The notes under the pieces were generated by a model, which saw only the letters and a program-made list of their open reading frames with translations, was not told the origin of the DNA and searched no databases. Made by a program: the position numbers and the translations under genes. A stretch of DNA of 59,303 nt, filler included. It is 6 parts of 6 records of this genome, joined end to end, with 100 filler letters (N's around TTAATTAATTAA, not from the genome) between each part and the next. Parts side by side here need not be neighbours in the genome. Positions count along the whole stretch, not along the records: positions 23,397 to 39,611 come from DRR723986_15046; positions 39,712 to 50,620 come from DRR723986_15048; 4 more parts are not named here. One strand, 5' to 3'. Within the stretch, counting starts at the first letter, position 1. The number at the start of each line of letters is the position of its first letter. Shown one piece after another: positions 38,797 to 48,933 of the stretch.

Positions 38797-39363
38797 TCAA
38801 CTGGAAGCGGCAAGTCCGCTTCCAGCCTTCCAGCCGGCCGCGTCCATGCGATAGTGGCTCAGCTCCGGCCAGGTGTCGGCGCATTCAGGCAAAGTCCGCT
38901 CCCCCATGTAGCGCATCCCAACTTTTTCAAGTACGCGCCGCGAGGCCAGATTCGGCGGCATCGCCAGGCCGACAATCACGTCGGCTTTGACCGTCTCAAA
39001 GCCGTACTTTAACATCGCCGCCACGGCTTCGGTGGCATACCCCTGCCCCCAGAGCGGCGGGCAGACGCGGAATCCAACTTCGTGTTCGCCGGTTTCATAC
39101 AGCGTGCGTAACAGGATAATCCCAGAGAATTTCTCGTCGGCTTTGGTCTCCAGCGCCCAAACGCCCAAACCCGGTGTGTCCAGATACTCCTGCTGCAGTT
39201 TATTGATCGACTCGATTTCTTGCTCGCGTGAAGTTGTCCGGCTTGGGTCAATATGTTTAAGTACCAGCGGATCGCTGTTAAGCGCCAGTTGATCATCTAC
39301 ATCGTCCAGGGTGAATTCGCGAATGTTAAGTCGATCAGTTTGCAGAAGAATTTTTGCGGACAT
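38797..39363 (-). CDS. RimJ/RimL-type GNAT acetyltransferase
   Basis: LQTDRLNIREFT, EVGF...WGQGYATE, NLASRRVLEKVGM. Confidence 0.9.
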   Translation of the reverse strand: MSAKILLQTDRLNIREFTLDDVDDQLALNSDPLVLKHIDPSRTTSREQEIESINKLQQEYLDTPGLGVWALETKADEKFSGIILLRTLYETGEHEVGFRVCPPLWGQGYATEAVAAMLKYGFETVKADVIVGLAMPPNLASRRVLEKVGMRYMGERTLPECADTWPELSHYRMDAAGWKAGSGLAASS

Positions 39364-39593
39364 GCCTTGCTTTTTGAAATATCAATCTGTCAGTCAGGTG
39401 CCAAGCCACAATCTACATATAAAAATTGAAAAGAGCGGCCTCAAATAAGAAAATCGCGCGACATTCCCGCTTAAACACTTTAGGCTGCCGTTCACAAGCA
39501 AATATGGAACATTCTATTTTTTGAGCTTGTAGTTATTGACTTGAATTCGTAAGCTGGGAGGTATAAGCCTGGAGTGCGGGCCTTGTCCTACAC

Positions 39594-39611
39594 GCTGTTA
39601 GCCCTTAGGGC
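39594..39611. repeat. Truncated REP-like palindrome at contig end
   Basis: GCTGTTAGCCCTTAGGGC, sharing its arm with the 23678 palindrome and its core with the 23397 palindrome. Confidence 0.7.
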
Positions 39612-39711
39612 NNNNNNNNNNNNNNNNNNNNNNNNNNNNNNNNNNNNNNNNNNNNTTAATTAATTAANNNNNNNNNNNNNNNNNNNNNNNNNNNNNNNNN
39701 NNNNNNNNNNN
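39612..39711. other. Artificial contig spacer
   Basis: N-run + TTAATTAATTAA + N-run. Confidence 0.98.
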
Positions 39712-39935
39712 TTGGAAGTGCTTTCAAACTGGCTTTAAAGATCGTTCCAACACCGCCGCTAGCAGGCCGTTTAAACCTCTTGCCAAACCCGATACGGCGG
39801 ACATAATGTCCGTACGCACTCAAAATGAGTTGCTGCAAATATCTCTGTTACAGTTTGCAAAAATCCCTGTCGCGCTACAACAGCCGCGCTACATCTCTGT
39901 TGCAATTTGCGAAAATCCCTGTCGCGCCACGGTGG

Positions 39936-40012
39936 ATGTAAATCTTTTTTACATTGCAACCTTGCAATCACCAGAAACGTCCCCACCTCTTCAATGTGAA
40001 AAGCATTCACAT
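39936..40012. promoter_or_regulatory. Paired palindromic operators ATGTRAA-N5-TTYACAT
   Basis: ATGTAAATCTTTTTTACAT (39936-39954) and ATGTGAAAAGCATTCACAT (39994-40012) upstream of DUF2852. Confidence 0.6.
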
Positions 40013-40039
40013 AGAGACACAAACCTGGAGAGTGAGACA

Positions 40040-40468
40040 ATGACGATGATGTCCGACCCTGTTGCAGCCCCGTCCAATCCTGGGTGGCTAACCCGCGCTG
40101 AAAGCTGGCTAGACGACAAAGGTAAAGGCGCTTGGATCGCCGCTATGGTCCTCGGTTTTATTTTTTTCTGGCCCGTCGGCCTCGCCCTTCTGTTTTATAT
40201 GATCTGGAGCAAACGTATGTTCAGTAAATCCTGTAGCCGCCAAAAATCCTGGAGCCGTCACGGCATGCGCGCCATGTCCACAACCGGAAACTCTGCGTTC
40301 GACACCTATAAAGCGGATACTCTGGCCCGTCTGGAACAGGAACAGATCGATTTTGAAGCCTTCTTGGAGCGCCTGCGTGAAGCCAAAGACAAATCCGAGT
40401 TTGATCAGTTCATGGATGACCGTGCGACAGCCGGCGACCAGCACGCTTCAAAAGATGATGCGGCCTAA
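40040..40468 (+). CDS. DUF2852 family protein
   Basis: WIAAMVLGFIFFWPVGLALL, TGNSAFDTYK..TL.RLE.EQ, AKDKSEFDQFM; GGAG RBS. Confidence 0.9.
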   Translation: MTMMSDPVAAPSNPGWLTRAESWLDDKGKGAWIAAMVLGFIFFWPVGLALLFYMIWSKRMFSKSCSRQKSWSRHGMRAMSTTGNSAFDTYKADTLARLEQEQIDFEAFLERLREAKDKSEFDQFMDDRATAGDQHASKDDAA

Positions 40469-40486
40469 GTCCAACACACCAGCCTC

Positions 40487-40514
40487 TGGCCCCTGTTTCT
40501 TGAATACAGGGGCC
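40487..40514 (+). terminator. Stem-loop after DUF2852
   Basis: TGGCCCCTGT...ACAGGGGCCA. Confidence 0.5.
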
Positions 40515-40545
40515 ACCCCAAATCAATTGCACTGGACCCCTAGAC

Positions 40546-40983
40546 ATGACCCACCTTCCCCATCCTGATCATCAGCCAGAGTTCTATGACTCCGTCGCGA
40601 TGAAACGGCTCTTTGCCTGGGTTCTCGATACGATTGTGATTGTGTTGCTCAGTGTGATTGTCGTGATGTTAACCGCCTTTGTTGGCGTGTTCATATGGCC
40701 CCTGCTGTACCTCGTGATCGGATTTATTTATCGCGTCGCCACCCTCGCGAGCGGGTCGGCTACTTGGGGGATGCGGTTTGTCGGGATAGAAATCCGAGAC
40801 GCCCATGGCGCACGCTTGGACACGGGTCTCGCATTGGCGCACACGGCTGGGTACACATTTTCTATGACCTTGCCTGTCATTCAAGCCATCTCGGCGATCA
40901 TGATGCTGACCAGCGCACGCGCTCAGGGCCTGACAGACGCCATGCTTGGCACAGTCGCACTTAACAAACGCGCCGTTGCATAA
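40546..40983 (+). CDS. RDD family membrane protein
   Basis: KRLFAWVLD, ATWGMRFVGI, QGLTD.MLGT. Confidence 0.88.
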   Translation: MTHLPHPDHQPEFYDSVAMKRLFAWVLDTIVIVLLSVIVVMLTAFVGVFIWPLLYLVIGFIYRVATLASGSATWGMRFVGIEIRDAHGARLDTGLALAHTAGYTFSMTLPVIQAISAIMMLTSARAQGLTDAMLGTVALNKRAVA

Positions 40984-41064
40984 CCGTCTCAATCCCCTCT
41001 TGGCGCATCCCGGATCGGTTGCTATCATCTTGGGAACACCCTGCGTTTCCTACACGAGTTCCTG

Positions 41065-41886
41065 ATGCGCCACACGCTGCCCATTGCGCCACAGTTTTAT
41101 GTAACGGCTCCACAGCCCTGCCCCTATCTTGAAAACAGGATGGAGCGGAAGCTGTTTACGGCACTGCAAGGTGAAGGCGCAGAGCAGTTGAATGACGCCC
41201 TATCACAGCAAGGGTTTCGTAGATCACAGAACGTTCTCTATCGGCCCAGCTGTGCAGATTGCGCCTCTTGCCTGTCTGCGCGCATCAATGTGTCGGACTT
41301 TGTCAGTAGCAAAAGCCAGAAACGCACGACCCGTCGCAATACACATCTAACGCGACGGGCTACCTCGCCTTGGGCAACGGACGAACAATACGAATTGTTC
41401 CGCAAATATTTAGATTCCCGTCACGCCGACGGTGGCATGGCGGACATGGATATTTTCGAATTTGCTGCCATGATCGAAGAAACCCCAATCCGCAGTCGCG
41501 TTATAGAATACACAGATCGCGAAACTGGGGATCTTGCCGCCGTTAGCTTGACCGATGTGCTCGAAGACGGGCTAAGCATGGTGTATTCGTTTTACGACCC
41601 AGACCTGCAGAAAAACAGTTTGGGCACCTATATGATTTCTGACCACATCGAAATCGCGCGCGAGGCAGGTCTTCCTTATATCTATCTGGGCTATTGGGTC
41701 CCGGGCAGCCCCAAGATGGGGTACAAGGCCAAATTTTCGGGGCTTGAAGTTTACCAACACGGCACCTGGAAACCGATGCGAGACCCCGCTGCCTTCAAGC
41801 CTTCAAGCGATCCTTTGTCGAGTGATCCAATCGCCGAGCAAGTGGCAAATATCCAACTGCCAGATCGTCGTGTCTTGCGTCCCTGA
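41065..41886 (+). CDS. bpt: Aspartate/glutamate leucyltransferase (ATE1-like arginyltransferase family)
   Basis: [49 protein letters not shown]. Confidence 0.92.
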   Translation: MRHTLPIAPQFYVTAPQPCPYLENRMERKLFTALQGEGAEQLNDALSQQGFRRSQNVLYRPSCADCASCLSARINVSDFVSSKSQKRTTRRNTHLTRRATSPWATDEQYELFRKYLDSRHADGGMADMDIFEFAAMIEETPIRSRVIEYTDRETGDLAAVSLTDVLEDGLSMVYSFYDPDLQKNSLGTYMISDHIEIAREAGLPYIYLGYWVPGSPKMGYKAKFSGLEVYQHGTWKPMRDPAAFKPSSDPLSSDPIAEQVANIQLPDRRVLRP

Positions 41887-42014
41887 CGGACATTTTGACC
41901 TAGATAAATACCCAACATTTCCTTGCGCGGCGCGCCGTACGCCTGCATGCCGATTTCCTAGGAAACCGAAGGGATAACTGTAACCTGAATACTCACGCAG
42001 GTCATTGTAAACTG

Positions 42015-42051
42015 AAAAAGCCGCGACCTTTGACAGGACGCGGCATCTTTT
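42015..42051. terminator. Bidirectional terminator
   Basis: AAAAAGCCGCG...CGCGGCATCTTTT between convergent genes. Confidence 0.6.
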
Positions 42052-42093
42052 GGTTTCTTAAGAGACCCTCACGGCTCCCTCAGGTCATGGCGA

Positions 42094-44448
42094 TCAATTC
42101 GGGATCAGATCCGGAACGATGGTCACAATGCTTGGAAAGAACCAAAGGATAGCGAGACCGGCAACCTGGATCAGAACAAACGGCAGGATGCCCCGATAGA
42201 TGTGGCCCGTCGTGACCTCTTTTGGTGCCACCCCACGCAAGTAGAACAACGCAAATCCAAAGGGTGGTGTCAGGAACGAGGTCTGCAAGTTCACCGCGAC
42301 CATGATGGTAACCCATTTTGGATCGAATGATCCGCCATAAATCACAGGCCCCACAATCGGAATCACGATGTAAATGATCTCAAGGAAATCAAGCACAAAC
42401 CCAAGCACAAAGAGCACGAGCATCACGATCAGGAAAACCGTCAGTTCGTTATCAAAGCTCTTGAGGAACTGCTGAATGTAATGCTCACCACCAAAAGAGA
42501 TGACCACCAGATTAAGCAGCTGAGACCCGATGAGAATGGTAAAGACCATCGACGTAACTTTGGCTGTTTCGCGAACGATTGGGCTAAGCACCCCGCCCTT
42601 GAACAAGACCCAGCAGCCGAACAGCAGACCAAACAACGCATACAGATACGCGCCATAAGCGACGATAAAGGCCAACCAGGTTTCAACGCTCACGTCACCC
42701 TGATTGATCCGCAGGTCAAAGTTCACACCAACGATGATACAGATCAGGATCGCAAAGGTGGACCAGATGATCACATGCCCTGACCGACCTTCGTCCTGTA
42801 GACGACGATAAGCCGCCAACATGATCGCGCCCCCTGCCCCAAGAGCCGCTGCGGGCGTCGGGTTGGTGATGCCACCCAGGATCGAGCCAAGCACCGCAAT
42901 GATCAGAACCAGAGGTGGGAAAACCACCCGGATCAGTTCATTTTTGGTTGCCCGGATCGCGGCCTCTTTGCAGCCATATAGCGTCAATGCCAAAGGCAAG
43001 GCCAACATAAGGAATGCAATACCCGAAGACGTGGTTGGCATGATAAAGAGGATATCAACCGCAGTCATCAACAGCAGGCCAATCGCCCCGACAATCAGCG
43101 GCTTTGCGTCGCCTGACGGTGAAATACCACGGCCCAGGATCAAAGTCAGACCCATCAGAACCAACAGCACAGACAGGCCGGTCCCGATCGGAGCCGCAGC
43201 TTCGATCTTGGCCGCTTTGGCCGCTGCGATTTCCTCATCCGTCAAGCGCGTGCTTTCGGTCGCCACGCCAGACGCCGCAATGGCTTGCTCTTCGGTGACC
43301 GCCGTATCCCAGGCTTCTTGGCCGTGGAGTTCGATCATGGAGGCCTGACACTGCTCACCCACATTGGTACGCAGGCTTGCGCTGGCGCCAATATCAGAGA
43401 AAGAGGATACCGTCGTGTCCTGCGACCCGATCAGACCCGCGCTGCCCAATAGGAACGCACCAGCAATCAAACCGATGGGCGCACCCAAGAACCACAGCAA
43501 CGCTTCGTTGCGGGTGATGGGTTCATTGTTCGACGACCCCATTTCCACAGCAGGCGCTTTCTCTGGGTTCAGCATCGCATAGCCAAACGCATAGAGCGCA
43601 TACATCAAGGCCAGCATGATGCCCGGCAACAGCGCCGCCTGGAACAATGTCCCGACGGATACAACAGCCGGTTCCCCCAGATAGGTCAGCGCATCGGTAC
43701 AGCCTGCAACAACCGCGCGACTTTCTTGGGCCGCGGAATACAAGTCTCCCGCAAGGGTCCCGAGCAAAACGATAACGATTGATGGCGGAATGATCTGTCC
43801 CAAGGTGCCGGATGCCGCAATGACACCCGTCGCCAGTTCCGGCGAATAACCATTACGCAACATCGTCGGCAACGCCAACAGACCCATGGTAACAACAGTC
43901 GCGCCAACGATCCCGGTTGAGGCCGCGAGGAACGCGCCAACAACAACAATCGAAACCGCCAGACCACCGGGCAATGGGCCAAAGACCCGCGCCATAGTGG
44001 TCAACAGATCGTCCGCGATTTTAGACCGCTCCAACGTGATGCCCATCAAAACGAACATCAAAACCGCCAACAGCGTTTCAATCGACTGACCCGCTAGAAC
44101 CCGCTCGTTCATACGGTTTACGATGAACGACAGATTGCGGTCCATCGCCACTTCCCAACCTTTAGGAAACACAGGTTCCCCTAAACTGGGTAGATCCGGA
44201 TATCGGAACAGCGAAATAGTATCAGGATTCACACCTGAATGAACCAAATCACGATAGACTTGAGATGAGGTATCAATTGCCTGATGAACCAACAGCCCTG
44301 CGCTGTCCATCGCGGCGATAATACCGAATGAGATGATGCCTGCGCCACCGATGGCGAACGCCACCGGAAAGCCCGACAAAATGCCTCCGAAGAGACAGAA
44401 GAAAACAATAATGAGGCCGATTTCGACGCCATCAAGACCGAATAGCAT
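42094..44448 (-). CDS. TRAP transporter large permease (long form with insertions)
   Basis: AASTGIVGATVV, SGTLGQIIPPS, NLQTSFLTPPFGFALFYL. Confidence 0.93.
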   Translation of the reverse strand: MLFGLDGVEIGLIIVFFCLFGGILSGFPVAFAIGGAGIISFGIIAAMDSAGLLVHQAIDTSSQVYRDLVHSGVNPDTISLFRYPDLPSLGEPVFPKGWEVAMDRNLSFIVNRMNERVLAGQSIETLLAVLMFVLMGITLERSKIADDLLTTMARVFGPLPGGLAVSIVVVGAFLAASTGIVGATVVTMGLLALPTMLRNGYSPELATGVIAASGTLGQIIPPSIVIVLLGTLAGDLYSAAQESRAVVAGCTDALTYLGEPAVVSVGTLFQAALLPGIMLALMYALYAFGYAMLNPEKAPAVEMGSSNNEPITRNEALLWFLGAPIGLIAGAFLLGSAGLIGSQDTTVSSFSDIGASASLRTNVGEQCQASMIELHGQEAWDTAVTEEQAIAASGVATESTRLTDEEIAAAKAAKIEAAAPIGTGLSVLLVLMGLTLILGRGISPSGDAKPLIVGAIGLLLMTAVDILFIMPTTSSGIAFLMLALPLALTLYGCKEAAIRATKNELIRVVFPPLVLIIAVLGSILGGITNPTPAAALGAGGAIMLAAYRRLQDEGRSGHVIIWSTFAILICIIVGVNFDLRINQGDVSVETWLAFIVAYGAYLYALFGLLFGCWVLFKGGVLSPIVRETAKVTSMVFTILIGSQLLNLVVISFGGEHYIQQFLKSFDNELTVFLIVMLVLFVLGFVLDFLEIIYIVIPIVGPVIYGGSFDPKWVTIMVAVNLQTSFLTPPFGFALFYLRGVAPKEVTTGHIYRGILPFVLIQVAGLAILWFFPSIVTIVPDLIPN

Positions 44449-44465
44449 ATCCGTAGTCCCTATAC

Positions 44466-45401
44466 TTAATGAACGCCTTCATAGGCTTCTTCGCCCTCAC
44501 CAAGGGTATCCTTGTCGAGGTATTTGTTTTCACTGCCTTCGCCTTCAACAAACTCGAGATACGAGCGGTAGAAGAAAGCAATCGCCTGCAAGAACACCAT
44601 GCCGGCAAACGCCACGAGCAAGATCTTGAACAGGAAATAGGCGGTGAAACCGTTTGGCGAGAACCCAATGGTTTCAACGTTCCAGCGCATGGCGCGCGAT
44701 TTCAGCAACAAACGCTCCAGCGTGTCACTGGCGGACGGTTTTGGTACGATCAGGTGACGCCACATGAAATACCACCCATACATCCAGACCAAAGTTGCGA
44801 CCGGGATCATGAACAGGACGGATCCAAACATGTCGATCACTTTTTTGGTACGGAAACTGACGGCGGAATAGATCAGGTCGACCCGTACATGCCCACCTTG
44901 GACAAAGGTATACGTCACACAAAGAGCGACGACCAAGGCATTGTAAAACTTCAACTCTTCAGCATACCAGCTGATGTCAAACTGCAGCGGAACCCCAAAA
45001 CCGAACACGATGTCCGGGCGGGTAAAAATACGCTGCATAAAGACGATGATGATCTGTTGCAGAACCATCAGCAAACCTGCCCAGGCAAAGAACCGACCGG
45101 TCGTGTTTGCAAATGTTTCAAGGCCACGCACACATCCCCACATAAAGGGACGGTAGAAAAACCCGATAATCGTTATCACCAAAACGATCGCCGCAAAGGC
45201 AAAGAAAAGCTCGACCGAACCGCCATAATAAACAAACCGCATGACCGCTTGTTTGTCAGACCAGTCCAACCACATCGATGGATTTGCGATTGCATATCCG
45301 ATATTCAAGAATGCCTCAGCTAGGTTTTGAAGTGTCCAGAGCAACCCGCTCCAAACAGCATTCAAGGCCGAGCCCAGGCTGGCAGAATTCACTTCCTGCA
45401 T
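44466..45401 (-). CDS. TRAP transporter small permease (DctQ-like, extended)
   Basis: GGHVRVDLIY motif; lies between the binding protein and the large permease. Confidence 0.9.
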   Translation of the reverse strand: MQEVNSASLGSALNAVWSGLLWTLQNLAEAFLNIGYAIANPSMWLDWSDKQAVMRFVYYGGSVELFFAFAAIVLVITIIGFFYRPFMWGCVRGLETFANTTGRFFAWAGLLMVLQQIIIVFMQRIFTRPDIVFGFGVPLQFDISWYAEELKFYNALVVALCVTYTFVQGGHVRVDLIYSAVSFRTKKVIDMFGSVLFMIPVATLVWMYGWYFMWRHLIVPKPSASDTLERLLLKSRAMRWNVETIGFSPNGFTAYFLFKILLVAFAGMVFLQAIAFFYRSYLEFVEGEGSENKYLDKDTLGEGEEAYEGVH

Positions 45402-45456
45402 TTAAGTCCCCCAATCGCCCGTTTCCGGGTCGTTCTCATACAGTGCCTTGCACTGC

Positions 45457-45488
45457 AAAAGAGGCCCCGCAATGGGGGCCCCTTTCTT
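45457..45488 (-). terminator. Stem-loop/terminator after TRAP binding protein gene
   Basis: AAAAGAGGCCCC-gcaatg-GGGGCCCCTTT. Confidence 0.65.
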
Positions 45489-45501
45489 AGTCACTTCAGG
45501 C

Positions 45502-46587
45502 TTAGTTGCCCAGAACGCGGTTACGCTGCTGCGTATAGTAGCCATCCGACTTTTCGATCCATGACGACGACGTCTTGACGCTGTCCTCAAAGCTGTTGCG
45601 GATTTTCGCGAACAGCTCGTCACCCATGTTTTCGTCCATGACTTCGGCAGACGCTTTACCAAATGCATCCCATACGTCGTCTGTGAACTGCAGGGTTTTA
45701 ACGCCCTGTGCCTGCAGACGCGCCAGTGCTGCACCGTTGTTGGCCAGAGTTTCGGCCAGCTGATAGTGTGTCACAGCCATGGATGCGTTGCGCATGATCG
45801 CCTGGTGTGCAGGTGACAGGTCGTTCCAAACGTCCAGGTTAACAGACGACGACAGACCCGAGCCTGGCTCGTGGAAACCAGCGGTGTAGTACACTTTGGC
45901 AACTTCTTGGAAACCGGCGCGTTCGTCGGCAAATGGGCCAACCCACTCCAGACCGTCCAGAGCACCAGACGACAGCGCCTGATACAGTTCGCCACCGGGA
46001 ATGTTCTGAACGGATGCGCCCAGTTTACCCAGAACCTTGCCGCCCAGACCGGGCATACGGAACTTCAGACCGTTAAAGTCAGCGGCAGATTTGATTTCCT
46101 TACGGAACCAGCCACCGGACTGCGAACCAGAGTTACCAGCCAGCAGGCCTTTGAGGTTAAAGATCTGACCCAGTTCATCGTGCAGCTCTTCGCCGCCACC
46201 GTGGTAGTACCAGTTGGTCAGTTCCTGCGCGGTGCCGCCAAACGGAACAGCTGTGAAATAGGCATAACCCGGGTGCTGACCGATATAGTAATAGTCAGCC
46301 GAGTGATACATGTCAGCCTGACCCGAAGACACGGCGTCAAACACTTCCAGCGCGCCAACCAGCTCGCCCGGCGCTTTCTTGTCGATGGTCAGCTGACCGT
46401 CGGACATCGCGCCAACCATTTCAACCATGTAGCTGGATGCATCATCCAGAACAGCAAAGCCACGTGGCCAAGACTGCACCATGGTCAGGGTCTTTTTGCC
46501 CGTCGCATAGGCTGGCGCGGCCAATGTCGTTGCAGCGGCAGCGCTCCCACCCAGTGCCGATGTTTTCAAAAATGAACGACGATCCAT
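45502..46587 (-). CDS. Tat-exported TRAP substrate-binding protein (TakP-like, monocarboxylate/keto acid)
   Basis: MDRRSFLK twin-arginine signal, QSGGWFRKEI, KFRMPGLGG, EWVGP, GFHEPG. Confidence 0.9.
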   Translation of the reverse strand: MDRRSFLKTSALGGSAAAATTLAAPAYATGKKTLTMVQSWPRGFAVLDDASSYMVEMVGAMSDGQLTIDKKAPGELVGALEVFDAVSSGQADMYHSADYYYIGQHPGYAYFTAVPFGGTAQELTNWYYHGGGEELHDELGQIFNLKGLLAGNSGSQSGGWFRKEIKSAADFNGLKFRMPGLGGKVLGKLGASVQNIPGGELYQALSSGALDGLEWVGPFADERAGFQEVAKVYYTAGFHEPGSGLSSSVNLDVWNDLSPAHQAIMRNASMAVTHYQLAETLANNGAALARLQAQGVKTLQFTDDVWDAFGKASAEVMDENMGDELFAKIRNSFEDSVKTSSSWIEKSDGYYTQQRNRVLGN

Positions 46588-46836
46588 GCGTCACTCCTCC
46601 CAATTATTTCTGTGCCCACGCTTATGCATGGACGGATTACGTGCAGTGGCGACAGCCTAGCGAGGGGGAATCGATTGTGAATACCTACTACTGCGTAGAA
46701 CACCTGCTTTTTTCACCAAGACTTTGCGTTCCTTTCAAGAAAATCACTATTGAACACACATATCATTCCTTGGATGTGAGGCGAATCATCATGATCACCT
46801 TTGATTTCCTGCGCAATCTTGCGTATCGATTCGCCC

Positions 46837-48270
46837 ATGCGCTTGCTGACCTCTCTTTTTCGACCCAACTACGCCCAGAAGATTTCGATTCTGGCGACGC
46901 TACCCTTGGTCGTGGCGGTCACTGCAATCGCTGTGCTGGTTGCCTATCAATCGCGTGCGTTGGCAGAGCGCGAGATTGATGCGCTCGAAACTCAACTGCT
47001 CGAGGCCAAGAAAGCAGAGCTGCGCAACTATGTGACCCAGGCCCGAAACGGATTTTACTTTATCTATGGTTCGGCCCAACCCGATGACCAACAGGCCAAG
47101 AACCAAGTCACGCAAATCCTGTCTGCGATGATCTATGGGACCGATGGCTTCTTTTTCGTCTACGATTATGACGGCATCAATCTGGTCAGCCCCCGGCAAA
47201 CCGACATGATCAACCGCAACTGGGCCGGACTGTCCGACAGCGCCGGAACACCGGTTGTTGACGAATTTATCCGCCTCGCCCGTCAGGGGGCTGGATGGCA
47301 CACCTTTATGTGGCCCAAACCCTCAACCGGGGAAGAAGCCCAGATGGTCGCCTATGTCACCGGCTTTCAAAGCTGGCGGTGGGCGGTCGGAACCGGCGTG
47401 TTCATCGATGACGTCTTAGCCTCGGTCGCCGCCGCCCGCGCCGAGGTCGAAGCCCGCGTTCAACGCACCTTCATCTATATCGGTGCGATTGCCCTTGGCG
47501 CGCTTCTCGTCGTCTTCCTGTCCGGCATGATGCTGAACATCCGCGAACGGCGCCTTGCGGATGCAAAACTCAAAGAACTGACCCAACGGGTGTTTGATGC
47601 CCAAGAAGAAGAGCGCGGCCGCGTTGCGCGTGAATTGCACGATGGCATTAGCCAAATTCTGGTGGGGGTGCGCTATGCATTGGACAATGCCCGCCGCCGG
47701 CTGGCTCGTGGCGATGACACGGGCGCTCAGGATCCGTTAGACAAGGGCATCGACAATTTGGGCACCGCAATCTCCGAGGTGCGCCGCATCAGCCGCGACC
47801 TGCGCCCCGGTGTGCTGGATGATCTGGGCCTAGGCCCTGCCCTCAAGGCGTTGACGGATGATTTCAGCGAACGGACCGGGATCGAAACCGAATTCACCAC
47901 CGTGGTGTTTCGCAACCGATTGGACCAGAATAGCAAAATCGCCCTCTACCGGATCGCCCAAGAAGCGCTGACCAACATCGAACGCCATTCTGACGCGACA
48001 CATGTCCGCATGGATCTGCGCGGACACAAGAATGGCGCCACCATGCGCATCGAAGACAACGGGCGTGGCATTCGGACAAACCCGGGCCAGCCGGGTTCGG
48101 GGTTGGGTCTGCGCAATATGCAAGAACGCATCGAACAGCTTGACGGCAGGTTACAAATTCTGTCATCACGCGGACCGCAAAGTGGAACTGTAATCGAAGC
48201 CCGGCTGCCTCTGAGCCATCTGTTGCCGCCCGAGGAAGAGTTGCAGATCAAACGAAAGGTCAATTCATGA
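46837..48270 (+). CDS. Cache-domain sensor histidine kinase (HisKA_3)
   Basis: FFVYDYDG Cache domain, QEEERGRVARELHDGISQ, QEALTNIERH, EDNGRG, GLGLRNM. Confidence 0.92.
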   Translation: MRLLTSLFRPNYAQKISILATLPLVVAVTAIAVLVAYQSRALAEREIDALETQLLEAKKAELRNYVTQARNGFYFIYGSAQPDDQQAKNQVTQILSAMIYGTDGFFFVYDYDGINLVSPRQTDMINRNWAGLSDSAGTPVVDEFIRLARQGAGWHTFMWPKPSTGEEAQMVAYVTGFQSWRWAVGTGVFIDDVLASVAAARAEVEARVQRTFIYIGAIALGALLVVFLSGMMLNIRERRLADAKLKELTQRVFDAQEEERGRVARELHDGISQILVGVRYALDNARRRLARGDDTGAQDPLDKGIDNLGTAISEVRRISRDLRPGVLDDLGLGPALKALTDDFSERTGIETEFTTVVFRNRLDQNSKIALYRIAQEALTNIERHSDATHVRMDLRGHKNGATMRIEDNGRGIRTNPGQPGSGLGLRNMQERIEQLDGRLQILSSRGPQSGTVIEARLPLSHLLPPEEELQIKRKVNS

Positions 48271-48914
48271 GCGACGCTCTGATCCGGGTTCTGATAGTCG
48301 ACGATCACCCGATGGTTGCCGAAGGCATCCAATCCATCTTGGAAAGCTACGAAGACGTTGTCGTGGTGGGCACCCTCAACACAGGCCAAGATGCAGTTGA
48401 TCAAGCACCGGATTTGAAACCGGATGTCATTCTGATGGACCTGAACATGCCCAATCTAGGCGGGCTCAGCGCCACTGAAATTCTGCTGGAACAGACCCCC
48501 GGCACCCGCATTCTGATCCTCACCATGCACGACAGCCCTGAATACATCTCCTCGGCTCTAAACCACGGCGCAATGGGCTATCTGCTCAAGGATGTCCCCA
48601 CCGAAGAGATCAAGCTGGCCATCGATTCCGTTATGCGAAACGAACGCTATCTTTGCACAGGCGCGCGCGGCTCATTGGAGCCCAAAGGGGAAAATGCCCG
48701 TGAATCCCTGACAGGGCGGGAACAAACGATCCTGCTGCAATTGGCCAAAGGTAAATCCAACAAAGAGGTGGCCCTGACGCTGGATATTTCCGTGCGGACT
48801 GTCGAAACGCACCGCAAAAACATCAAACGCAAACTGGGCATTTCCTCTACTGCAGGGCTAACCCGCTACGCGATGGAACACGGCATGTTGCAGGGGACCG
48901 GCGCCGGGTTCTGA
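48267..48914 (+). CDS. NarL/LuxR-family response regulator
   Basis: IVDDHPMV, DVILMDLNMP, LTGRE...GKSNKEVA..L.IS.RTVETHR. Confidence 0.95.
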   Translation: MSDALIRVLIVDDHPMVAEGIQSILESYEDVVVVGTLNTGQDAVDQAPDLKPDVILMDLNMPNLGGLSATEILLEQTPGTRILILTMHDSPEYISSALNHGAMGYLLKDVPTEEIKLAIDSVMRNERYLCTGARGSLEPKGENARESLTGREQTILLQLAKGKSNKEVALTLDISVRTVETHRKNIKRKLGISSTAGLTRYAMEHGMLQGTGAGF

Positions 48915-48933
48915 AAATCACGGCGCAGAATGA

